Shown: positions 15,115 through 26,289 of the stretch, one piece after another
Position numbering within the stretch: the stretch's first letter is position 1
How the letters are laid out: each line of letters opens with the position of its first letter
From: Ramazzottius varieornatus
Taxonomy: Eukaryota > Animalia > Tardigrada
Direction of reading: 5' to 3'
Assembly (NCBI GenBank): GCA_001949185.1
Contig: BDGG01000004.1
Span: forward strand, 2,071,620-2,135,619
Length of the DNA: 64,000 nt
Made by a program: the position numbers and the translations under genes
Notes under the pieces: generated by a model
What the model was told of the DNA's origin: nothing
The model's input: only the letters and a program-made list of their open reading frames with translations
Database searches by the model: none

Positions 15115-16863
15115 TTACAAGCAATAGTACCTCATTTCTCTCTCGCGGCATTCCGCGCACGAAACATTAAAGGCAACATAGGAGCAGTTGCATCGTCTCG
15201 AGATATCTTCGTACCGAGCGACATGGCGGTTCGTCCCACAACAAAGCGAGTCACAAACCCCATGGCTACGATGATCTTTCTCCTGGGTCTTCCTCCTCCA
15301 CGGAGCACCCACAACACACGCCCGACCGGAGGTCCCGTGAGAATGCTTACTACGACGACAAAAGTCCACTCTGGTGCCCTTCTGGTACCACAGGTTCATG
15401 TCAAGTACTGGTCTTCTCGGCGTACGGCTTTTGAGGAATCGTTGGTCTGTAGTGATGAGTCTTAGAGTCGGCAGGCCCACATAGCTCCGAAGGCCGCTGC
15501 CGGCCGAGGTGGCTTTGGAGGACGAGGGCTTCTGGAGTGAAGCTGCTGGTTTCGCTTTTGCATGATCGTAGTCTTCGTGCAGTTTCTTCTGTACAACTTG
15601 GAAAGGTGGAAGTACTCTGTAGAAGGTCTTCAAGGCGCAAGACCCGGAAACTCCGTGACATCGGTATCTGAGCTCACTGGCTCGTTGAACAGCCTGTCAG
15701 AAAAAAGGGTTTTATTACGGTGCATAATTTGCCTGGTTTCGTTTTTTCGCAGTATACAATTCACACAGGTGCTCTACGGTGAGACGATACCTTCATCCCA
15801 AACTTTGTGTTGTGCTCAGCGAAGTGACGGGTTGTCTGACTCATCTTCACAGGTGCAGCTCGTAAAAATGGCTCAGTGAGTTTCCTGCCGGCTCGCAAGT
15901 TATCTCCACATCCTCCCCAGGCCCAGTTCGGCTTTGGTGAATCTCGCTCGTGAGGAATGTGGTTAAACTCACAGGAACACTGTTCGAGTCTTCCGCTACT
16001 ACATGCTTTGGCGGTGGTGTGCAAAAGACCGGCGGCCGAAATAGCGTGAAGGAAAGCTGACTCTTTGGTCGCTAAAACGGAAATTCACGTACTAAAACGC
16101 CGTGTGGAAACCGTAGAAATAGTCCAATATCGTGAATGTAGTAGTTGACGTTGTTCGTGGTACAGTGGTCAAAACGTGTCGAAACGAAAATTACTTCGAC
16201 TCTTAAGTTTCATTGTGGTATTTTAGTTTTCGCTTTCTTATACCTTGTTTGAGCAAATTACGTCGTGTGAAGTCGAGAGGGCAATTCCATTTTTCGTCAA
16301 TGAACTCCTCTTGGCAGGCACGAGTGGCGACCACCAAGGACTCCATCAGCACTTCCGGGTACCCATCTTCTTTGGTGCATAGCTTTCTTTGTCTGCCGGT
16401 AAGATCAAGCGCGTGACACAAATATCCGTCATCGAACGAAGGCAGCATAGTGTCCATTTGCGGGACGAACGATCCGTTAATATAATGCGCGACTGTTGGG
16501 TTCTCAAAAACCTTCCGAGGAGAGGACAGGCTGAAATGCAAGATCATTGACTTCAGGATACTGTGATTCCACTGACAAATAGAATGGTATTCTGTTCTTA
16601 ACGTCTGTAGATATGATAGTAGTCAGGAGTATGGTTATGTTGAAGTTATCAAGAAACAGATATTCAAAAAAATTAACTGAATGCGACAGAAGTCACCGGG
16701 TCGACAAATCTTTCCTTCAGTAGAAAACGTATGCTAAATTTTCAAGAACCTCAGAGTAAATAAGCGGTACGGTCATTAGCGGCTCTTACCCGAAGAAACC
16801 TATGACGTCCGAAGAAAGACCGGTGAGATAAACCATCAGGATGAGGAAGAAGTCTAAACGCAT
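15115..16863 (-). CDS. Wnt9: Wnt ligand, most like Wnt9
   Basis: Signal peptide MRLDFFLILMVYLTGLSS; CQEEFIDEKWNCPLDFTRRNLLKQ|ATKESAFLHAISAAGLLHTTAKACSSGRLEQCSC (Wnt9-like); WAWGGCGDN; CHGVSGSC; Cys-rich C-terminus. Confidence 0.85.
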
Positions 16864-18939
16864 TGCAGAGGGTCATCGAAATCCCCATGAAAGGTCGTGC
16901 TTCATATTAGGCTCCTGACCGGCAAACTCACGCACGAAGAATATTCCAGTGGCGGTTCATTTCGTACGCAACGCAAAAATCTGTAAGATCCAATTAGCAT
17001 AGCACCTGGTTCAGATCCGTCTGTATAGTAGTCCTCCAAACAGTGACAAAACACGCAGTGATCTAAATATTCCGTATCATTATCAAACTCCTACCGAAGG
17101 TGTTTGCTAATGCAAAATAAAATAAACACTGACTGGCAGATCATGATGGATGAGTGTCGTGCACAGATGGATAGCTTGTCAGGTTATAAGAAGACTGTTT
17201 TTCATGCGCAGAGTAGCAAATAAGTCATGAAAAGTACCGGCTGGAGAAGCTTATTACAAAGAGGCTCGTTCTCAAGGTAGACGTTGACTGCTGGCAGATT
17301 TGTGTGATCGGGTTTATGGTCAATTGAATAAGTCAACTGACCCATTCCATTCGTGATTTGACGTGGCTACTGACTTCCAGCCCTTATGATCACCCCACAG
17401 ACTGCGCCTGGGAAGTAAGATCATACTGTGACTTGATACGGCCTAAATGGCCAACAAATACTTTATGGTCTTTGCTGTTATTCGATAGCCATCCTTTTCC
17501 ACAAATCCACCCTGCGACCACCCCTCATTTTACAAACCGCGAATCCGAGCATTCATCTTCGAGACAAAATATGTTGATTCACGCGTCTCACCAGTTTAAA
17601 GACCACCTGTTGCATGGCATAAGAAAAGCAGGGTATTCCCAGGCCGACATTCGTCCCTCGAAACATCTGGCAAAGAACGTTTCGAGAAACCAGCACGTTA
17701 CCACTAAACTTGAATGGGCAATAAGATGGACATTACTCATAAAAAACCACTTAGCACGTTCGGATCTGTGACACCGATTGGAAGCGGACACGTTACGCGA
17801 CCAAGACCCACAATCAGTCGATACTTCCTTCCGCCGTCTTCACTTGAAGTTTTGCTGCCCGTGCCAATCCGACTCAGGAAACACATCCGGGTCTCCTAGC
17901 CCTGAAACGACATGTGAAGATGAGAATACGGGTACGAACCCTCTGCAAGCGTTTACTACACTTATGCGCTTGCAACATTCATCCAAAGTATCGGTTCTCA
18001 AGGACACGCCCTGCTATGTATGCTGTGCAAACGGACAGTCAAAAGTACCGTACTTAGTATTTCCACCGCACTTTCTAGCTAAGGTGGTCCTGCTTATGGC
18101 TCGGAAGGATACAGAATGCAGACACCAAGATATTTGAGCGGCTTTAGAAGACTGCAAAATAATCCTCTCTTCAAACAGTTACAGGTCAGTGGAAGATCAC
18201 TTGGTAGGCTTAGCGCAGTCAAGCGCTTCCTGTTACGGTATCCTCGATCCCCCGTACTGCGCACCCATATTTAACGCGGTGTACTCTTGACCGAGTTTTG
18301 AAAATTAAAAACCGCTGGGATTGCAAGGGATGGGAGAAATCTGCAATGACATCTGAAAAGAGCATACCGGTTGGAACTTGGGCGTCCCTAGTTTGTTTAG
18401 CGCGATTGTTCCTCATCCCTCACGAAAACCACTTCTGCTCACCAAAGCAAGACCAGCAGGGAGTAAAATCCTCACAAAACGCACAGACAGCTCAGAGATA
18501 TCTCACTTATTCGAAAGCCACGGGAGGGAGTCGAAGCCATCAATATTCGAGTCAAGTTGATCAAATATGGATAGTCAAATGGTAAATGGCTCATTGTGAT
18601 CGTTCGTTCACTGATGAATAAGAACGCATTTGACAACGAGATCTTTTGTCAGGCGCTAAAGTACAGATACGATCAAGTGTCAATTTTTCGAAACACCTTT
18701 ATAAACATCAAACAGCGCACAGACGTTCGACCTGAGCAAAGTAAAACTTCAGGCTCACACTCAAGAATGATATTACCAGATGGCTAGGGGAGATGGTCTG
18801 GGTAGTGGGGATATCACATCCCCCTCGAAATTTGCGCATCCGGTCAATATTCTTCACATTCTCGAAATAACTCAAATCAACCAACTAGCAACAAAGAAAC
18901 ACCGGTAGACGTACCAGAAGAAACGCCGTCGTGCGCGAG

Positions 18940-20615
18940 TTATCCTTTCGTCTTCTTTTTAGATTCAATCAAGTCGAAACTTCCGGTAATGTGCGCGATA
19001 AAGGCTTGAATGTAGGCAACACCTGCCAAAATATAACAATTATTTATGACGGAAACGATGATCATAAGGATCAGAAATCTCATGAGAACGTTTCTTACCT
19101 TCACCAGTCTTTGCACTGCAAAGAAAAATCACAAAAATTAGTGAAAGAATTTCGGTGTTGCTCACTACGGAAATAACTTGATTGAGCCTCACCTAATAAG
19201 GAAAGGCTGGGGGTAGCAGTTTGGAGAGCCGAACTTATCTCGGATGGTCCGCACTTGTCCCACAACCTCCAGTCGTTGTGAATCCTTCACAAGGTCGATC
19301 TTGTTAAGCATAATCTATAACAGAAGCGAGATCGTTTGCATTTCGACGATCGATTTCTCATCTTGGCTTACGCAGTAAGGAAGTTGACATTCTTCCAGAT
19401 ATTCTAAGATCGAAAGATCCCGCTTCACCAGCCCTTCAGCTGCATCGACCATTACAAAGGCCAGTCGTAAACTACAAACAAGAATAAGAGAAACTTACAG
19501 CATACGGTAGCTTGAATTCTTCCATTATGCGACAGTCTTCAAGACCCACACTAGACGCCATATCGAACATCAGGAACGTCCGAACCAGACTGTGCAAGCA
19601 CATCACCCCGGTAACTCCGATTTCGTCAAGAAAACTTCAGAGCGGCATAAGAAATCTCAGATATCGGAAAATGCTAGTCTTACTTCTGCCGGTGCCGAAG
19701 AAAATTCTCTACGCAGTCCCGGAAATAGTGCGGCTGGTTGAATCCGTAGCCGGGCATATCCACTAAGGTGAAGTAGTCCTTCACTTGGTAAAACTTGAGA
19801 GTTTTTGTGAATCCCTGCAAAGGAACAGGTACATTACATTTAACCGTCTCATGAACGACATTCATCTATGCAGCCGAAAGATGTGGGACATGGAAAGCGT
19901 ACCGGCGTACTGGAAACTGGAACCTTAACAAAAGGCGCCTTGTGGAACAGGCAACTGATCATCGAGGACTTGCCCACATTGCTACGACCCAAAAAAGCAA
20001 CCTGGAAAGCACGCCAGATATAGTTCCCAAAACCCACTGCTCAGCAAAACATGCAGTACGATATAAGATACATTTGTCCAGCTTCCCGAAAAATTATGTC
20101 ATGTTAAGTGGACATTCATACCTCTGGCAGATTATAGATGGGAGCCTTTTCGATACGGATGGTAGATTCCACTCTCCGAATATCCCTCGGTCTTTCAGAC
20201 GTGAATACTGTCTGAGCTAATTTCATTTCGTCAACCAAAGGACGATAGGGCCTCTCGTTTTCATCGAAAAGAGGAGTCTGTAAAGACATTGGCACACGTG
20301 TAGTGATTTTCTTTCAGTGAATAGTGCAGCTTACATATGCAGCAAGGTGACTCTGACCTGTAGGAGTTTCTGCAGCTTTTCCGTTGGATCGCAAAACAAA
20401 TCTGCTTGGGACACACTGATTCGTGGCGGAATATGGACTAGAGGATCATTCAGGATTGTCTTGAACGTCGGTTTCTGACCACAGGCAGGGGCGGACGTTT
20501 GAAATTCGCGGACTAAGGTGAAGATGTCGGATAACCGGTGCTTTTCCTTGGGCGACAATCCATGCCGCGCAGCAGTTCTCCGGGTTAAGTTGCAGGCGGT
20601 ACTCAGCAAAGACAT
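18940..20615 (-). CDS. GTPBP8: EngB/YihA-family GTPase GTPBP8 with a probable mitochondrial presequence
   Basis: G1 VAFLGRSNVGKSS, G2 TP|GFTK, G3 LVDMPGYGF, G4 NKID; C-terminus AFIAHITGSFD; Arg-rich N-terminus; about 8 exons. Confidence 0.88.
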
Positions 20616-20845
20616 TCCTCACTATATCCCCAACCTGCCGGTTCTCCAGCATCAAACCGAAACAGCGAACGAAACTGAAGGATCCAAATTCCGGGAAGAT
20701 CAACCAAATGACAACTCGCGAGTTCCGATCAGCTGTTTTCCGCATGACATCATGGTCGAGTTATTTTCTTCTGATTTCTTGATTGATTTTCTGATTTTAG
20801 ACGATGCGATCAATCAAGCTCAGCGCCCAAGGACGCGTTAATATT

Positions 20846-21000
20846 TTGCGAGAGCTCCGCCCAAAAGGTTGGCCTTCCAGCAGAGCTTTAGAATGAATCA
20901 TAGACCGCTCGAGTCATCGTACAAAGCTGTTCAGGCATTCGAAAGCCCTTAAATTGGGAAAACTATGGCAAGCCTGAGCCTAGGGCGGAAAGATCAAAGG
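20846..21000 (+). repeat. Cassette arm A, copy 1 (inverted homolog at 37532-37687)
   Basis: gagctccgcccaaa.gg.tggc.ttccagc.gagctttagaatgaatca...gagtcat.gta.aaagctgttcaggcattc.aaagccctt...atggcaagcctgagc...gcggaa.gatcaaagg aligns to the reverse complement of 37532-37687 at roughly 85% by eye. Confidence 0.9.
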
Positions 21001-21238
21001 ATGGGAACCAAGGTTCATTCACATCTGACGTAATAAAAAGCCCAGACCGGTTACCACGCCCATTGACCAATAGACAGAACGGGTCAATAAACCAGCTGCG
21101 ATTGGGCGGTCAACCTATCAATGCCAGTCGCTAGTATCGGTGGTCAAACATAGCAAAACCAATGGCCGACGCTTAGTGCTCAAGCTAGAAAGCCCAATGG
21201 TCATCCACTAGTGGTCAAGACAGCAAGACCAACGGCTA

Positions 21239-24003
21239 AGGTCGGGATCACAACAGGGAGGGGAGCACTCTCGTACAGAGAAATTTCTGAGCCGCTGCCC
21301 AGATCCCTTCCTAGAGAAAATCTTGAGCGATCTTCCGACTTCGGAAATCGTTTTGCATGTTTTGATTGACAGGATTTGCTCTTGGTCATCCCGCCATCGG
21401 GGATATTTTTCTTGATTGTCCGCACGCTACAGACCAACCCGCCCACCGTGGACTTTGGACTCTGACGTCAGTCAACCTGTTTTGAAAGTTTTGTCCCATA
21501 CTTCCGCGTTTTACATCGGGTACCACAGCAAGCGCCCAAGCCGTCCGCAGTCTTTACACGAAAAGTTCTACGTTGTAATAAGGGTTCGGCTAATTTATGG
21601 TAATGAGGATAATTATTTTCTTTGAATCTACAAACTATTACGAGCGTGGGACGAATTTCGTAATCAAGCGGGACACGGTAAAGACTAAAACGGAAGCAAA
21701 GCTAGGTCATTGTCATCGTCAAGATCTTGATCCAAGGGCTCCAGGTCTCCGCCCTCTTCAGCAACGTCCTCATCGGCTTGCTCGCCAACAACTGCCTCAA
21801 TGCGGTCTCCCTTTGTGTCGATATTCCAGTAGTCATCCTCAAGCTTGATGCAGTGAGCGAAGAGCTTGGGGAAGTCTTCTGGCTTGAAGATATCAGCAGA
21901 TTCTTCCCACAGCTTGATCGGGTCAGGCAGCTTTCTGGTGGTGTTTTGCTTGGCGACATACCCTTTGCGGCGGGCCCAGCATTTTTCAATCGGGTTAAAG
22001 TCACAGTGGTAGGGCAGCAGACGAACTGTCTAGACGCCTTCTCCGGTCTTCAAATAGTCATCCATGTAGTACCTGTCGCCCACGTGATTCTTCAGAAAGT
22101 CCGTCACCTTCTGCCACAGCTCGGCCACCAGTTCCCGCGCACCGACCTCGATCCTATGGTCAGTCAGCCACTGCTGGATTTATTTCTTCACTCTCTTGGG
22201 TCTTCTGAACTGTGGCATCAAGCGGGAATGATAACTTGCGTTTTCCAGCACGATCACAACCGTGTCATATCCATAGAGCCGAGCAAATTCTTTCAAACGG
22301 GGAACTACCACCTCCTTCATGAACCTAAAACCATAACAGCCAAAATTTATCATGACGTCATCGAAAACTTGAAGCATTGGCAATCCGTCACGGTAAGAGT
22401 TTTATCACAAATTCTTTCACAATCAGAAAGACCCAGTCGACATCTTCATTTTGTCTGCTCGGACCGGAAAGATCCAACCAATGGTTTGCGAGATATACTC
22501 AACACACTCAATTTTGCCCACCTTTTTTAACTCTTCTCAAAATCAAGCCACTTGATAGACCCGGTGCAACGAATGAAAAGACCATCAAAACAGATCATAC
22601 AAAGTTTGATTGATTGATTTGACAGATTGGCTTACTTCTCGTAGTTGTGGTAGTCCCCAGTGTGCTTTGAGGCTTTGTCCACATCCGGGAACGAATCCCC
22701 TATCCGTCACCACGTCGAAAATGACCAGACGCTTCCCCGATCCACTTGGATGCGACTGTCCGCAGTCCTTGCACAGGATTTGGGCTGTGCCGGTAGATTT
22801 TTCTTTGTCGAGTTCGATCCAACTCTTGCGAAACTGGTAGTTCTCGATTAAGTAAGTCTCATCCAGGAAGGCAATCAGGGCATTCTTCTGTCGAAACTGA
22901 CGAACCGCTCGGATGTAACGGATACGGCTGACTTTGAGGCTTGGGTCACCAAACAGGTGTTTAGTGGACCGATCTCGATATCGGAAGCCCATTCGGCGTA
23001 ACACACGATACATCGTGGATTTCGACACCTGAACACCGACTTTCTCCTCCACCAACGGCAGCAGAGATTCCACCGTGATGTGTATCTTACTCTTGTACTC
23101 CCGGTGAATGATCGCACGAATTTTCCCGTATTCCGACTCCTTCAACAAGTGCCGACGGACGCCCGCGACACCCTCCATTTCTTCCGCCTCGACAACCGGG
23201 TCCAAGGTTTCATTTACGTCATCTTCCGGAACGGTGGTGCTCGCGACTGCAGTTCCGCTCGGTGGACCAGTTATCAAATCCCAGTTCTTAGTGATGCTCT
23301 GGATGGTGCGTGGACTTCGCTGGCACAGATGCGCGATTGCCTTACGGCGACCTGCCAGAGTGGTCAGAGTATATTTATTCGACCCAAAAAACGACTGACC
23401 CAGCACTTTCCATAAATGGGCAATATGCCTCACATCCACGGGATACAGAGAAGAACTGGAAGACATCTCTCAGCTTTCTATTAGTTTTGTCAGACTACGG
23501 TATACGCTATTGTAGAATACTGTGGTGCATTTGAAAACTGAGGAGACGGTTTTCGCTTGTGTTTATGGAAGCTCTTATCTCTCCAGTTTTTTCCTGGCTG
23601 ACTCTTCATACTTTCCAGCTGTGATAAGAGAAGATAACAAAGAAGTTGTCTCGACTCTATCGTTTTCCAACGTGCAGCATGAAGGTCAGATGCCAGAAGG
23701 CCGATAAGAATATCGTCTGTGCCGGTACCTTTTACATTTCACGCACGCAACAGATTTCATTTTTTGCCTGCTGACGTCAGAGTCCAAAGACCACGGTGGG
23801 CGGGTTGGTCTGTAGCGTGCGGACAATCAAGAAAAATATCCCCGATGGCGGGATGACCAAGAGCAAATCCTGTCAATCAAAACATGCAAAACGATTTCCG
23901 AAGTCGGAAGATCGCTCAAGATTTTCTCTAGGAAGGGATCTGGGCAGCGGCTCAGAAATTTCTCTGTACGAGAGTGCTCCCCTCCCTGTTGTGATCCCGA
24001 CCT
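21239..24003 (-). mobile_element. IS630-Tc1-mariner DNA transposon (DD~84E, Sailor-like), 2765 bp, 233-bp TIRs, TA target-site duplication
   Basis: TIRs 21239-21471 and 23771-24003, with 1 mismatch seen; TA at 21237-38 and 24004-05; internal transposase on the minus strand. Confidence 0.93.
21700..23466 (-). pseudogene. Decayed DDE transposase with HTH domain and a probable intron (22325-22635)
   Basis: HTH VSKSTMYRVLRRMGFRY; D1 AFLDET; SGSGKRLVIFDVVTDRGFVPG; GDYH (frameshifted); D2 mutated to E in VIVLENASYHS; LPYHCDFNPIEKCW. In-frame TAA (~22180), TAG (~22030) and frameshifts. Confidence 0.88.
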
Positions 24004-24279
24004 TAGCCACTAGTGGTTAATCTACCAAGATCAATGGTCAACCACTAGTGGTAAACCAACCTACCCACCCACCCTGGCGATTTTATCATTGCACGATCAT
24101 CTACTTTCCTACCTAGTTACCCAGCCGCGTCGCTGCCGATCGCGCAGCAGGCAGCACGAGTTACGTCATACGCTGTCGGTCGTACCATTGTCCGGCCGGC
24201 AGGGTCCTGAGTGTAATCAATTTTTTGTTAATCAACTAGCTGTTTTCGCCAGTTGATTCGTACGACTTTGATCGATCAG

Positions 24280-24421
24280 ACACAGAATCATGATTCAGCA
24301 AGAACTGAAAGAATTGGAAAAACCAGAAAAAAATCGGGGAATCATCCTGAAAAAAGGATCGTGCTGTCTGGAGCTCGAGCTTCCTCTGATGAGTTTGCGA
24401 TTCAGAGTCCGCTTGGGTATC
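24280..24421 (+). repeat. Cassette arm B, copy 1 (inverted homolog at 36221-36372)
   Basis: cagaaaaaaatcggggaatcat.ctg...aaaggatcgtg.tgtctggagctcg.gcttc.tctgatgagt.tgcgattcagagtccgcttgggtat matches the reverse complement of 36221-36372. Confidence 0.9.
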
Positions 24422-24661
24422 TTTCTGAATTGTTCACGAAGATGTGTGGCGTGACTGGCGTCATCTACAAGTTGCATAATCCATAAATACAGTAATTCGA
24501 AAATTTTAGAATTACGAGTACACAAGGAGACTGAAGGAGTGAAGGAGAAACTTCTTTTTATTTATAGTAACTTAGTTGAAAGCTTCTAGTCCTGGAGACT
24601 CTTGGCGTCTGTCTCAGCTGGCTGTCTAAAGATCTGGTAAGCGACATTAGATTAGTGAACC

Positions 24662-25659
24662 ATGACATCCCTTGTAGGTTCAGCTGCCAAGAGACAGTCC
24701 TCGTGGGACGAGGAGGAAATGCCCATCTCGAAGAAACGTCATCGGTCCTCGCCCGTTCCTATGGACTCGTCAGCTCCGCCATCACCCACATCTCCTCCAC
24801 GGCCCAGCCATGCCTTACCGGCTTCAAGCTCCCCTTTCCCAGACATTTCTACAGGTACGATTGATGTTGTATCCCGCGGTTGACGTCCAGTGGAACTGAC
24901 GATAGTCACATCAGTTTTCCTTGTCACCACTATGCAGGGATGCGTAATCGTCTAATCAGTGGCTGATGCTGTTATGTTTTCTAGATCCTGGATTTTCGGA
25001 CAGGTTGATAAATGAACTGCGGAGAGTTCAGCTGCGCGTAAACAATCATCACCGCAAGTCGGATGGAGAACAGGACAGTCAATCAGACCACAAGAAAGAA
25101 ATTAACGCGTTCAGCCCGTCCACTGTTCGCTACGTATGCTCCAAAGTTTTGAAGGATCGCGAAAATGAAGTGCGGACTGAATATGATAAGGTCTTGAACC
25201 AGAAGCTTTCGGGTAAGTTCTGTAATAGCGTTAGAATTTTCGTCTGGCGAAAGTGCTGGCGGTTGATTATTACTGTATATCATGATAATTAGCCTTACTG
25301 TACTGCTGGGCGGAAATCGGAACGGAGATCAGAAGTCTTCTCCTTCCAGAGCAATACGATACGTTTGTGAAGTTCGTACAGGAACGAGTACAGCAACAGC
25401 AGTCCACATCGGAGCCATCTTGTAAGTTCAGAGTTTCATTTAGAAAAAACGGTCGTGCCGAGAGGCGAGCGGCTCATTTATCGTCCTTACTTCGGTGCGT
25501 TGCGTTATTGGAAGGGCGAAGTCACAACTGAAAATTATCACCGCAGAATTTATCGATTATTTCGAATCTTGATAATCGTTTTCTTGGCTGACTGGAATCC
25601 CGTTGTGGAAATCCGAATAGCAATTTCTAAAATGCGTGTTCCTTGCAGATTACTCTTGA
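24662..25659 (+). CDS. akirin: Akirin
   Basis: N-terminal AKRQ...SKKRHR NLS; FSPSTVRYVCSKVLKDRENEVRTEYDKVLNQKLS|EQYDTFVKFVQE...EPS|YYS* (canonical C-terminus SYVS). Confidence 0.92.
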
Positions 25660-26289
25660 TGGGTCAGCAGTGAAACCGGAACTCGATAGTCATGGCTATT
25701 AGCTATAGTCATGGTACCCGGAAGTACCACCGCAGTCTGTTTTCTCTTGAGGTGCGGTTTTTGTACATAGAATAAGTCTTTCTACTGTGGTGTAGTTGCT
25801 CATGTTCAAAGCTTCTCTTCCAGTATATGTTACTTTTTGTGAGCCGTGAATGCTTAGCTGGTTTTTGTATTCAGGTTGGTTTCCTTGTTGTCTGTTTTGT
25901 ACCAGCTGTTGTATGTATATGTTCTAGGCGATACCGCCATTGTGAGGTGGGGTTCGCTGGATAAGGTCTTCCTGTCTTTGCGTGATGTCTTTGAGATTTT
26001 GTTTTGTACCTATTTGATCTTTGACTGCCTTCCGTTTGAAGTAAAGACTGACTGCTGCGGTGGTTGGCCGGCTCTTGGCTAAAAGACCACTGGTCTACCA
26101 TCTTGTTGCGTAGCTTTGGACTTCCTTATGGTTCTCGGGGAAGCCGGCGTCATAAGGTGTTGCCAGGGATTGGCGGTAGCCTTCCTTCTGCTTTGTCTGG
26201 ATGGTCATCCAGTTTGAGTGCACCAAAGGATGGATGATGGACTGAGGAGAATGTTAAGTTGACGTACGGAATGTTTATGACGTTATATT

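Larger units (their letters stand above)
21118..24060 (+). repeat. 35-bp degenerate tandem array (consensus ~CCAATGGTCAnCCACTAGTGGTCAAnnnAGCAAGA), split by the transposon
   Basis: Units at 21159-21193 and 21194-21228; the interrupted unit is 21229-21238 + 24006-24030, exactly 35 bp once the element and one TA are removed; the next unit starts at 24031. Confidence 0.85.

Noticed and set aside
16900-18900. Short ORFs upstream of Wnt9
   Set aside because: No homology, coherent splicing or compositional signal; probably regulatory or intergenic.
21727-22530. 267-aa plus-strand ORF
   Set aside because: Antisense shadow of the transposase C-terminal half; no recognisable protein features.
21201-24020. 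Twin ORFs MGGLVCSVRT... at 21201-21446(-) and 23796-24020(+)
   Set aside because: They are translations of the two TIRs with GTG starts, not genes.
21118-24060. 35-bp palindromic repeats as a CRISPR array
   Set aside because: Units are head-to-tail with no unique spacers and are degenerate; no cas genes; eukaryotic intron-rich context.
24385-24445. Hammerhead ribozyme or C/D snoRNA in arm B (CTGATGAG)
   Set aside because: No GAAA after a stem II and no convincing terminal stem or D box conserved in both copies.
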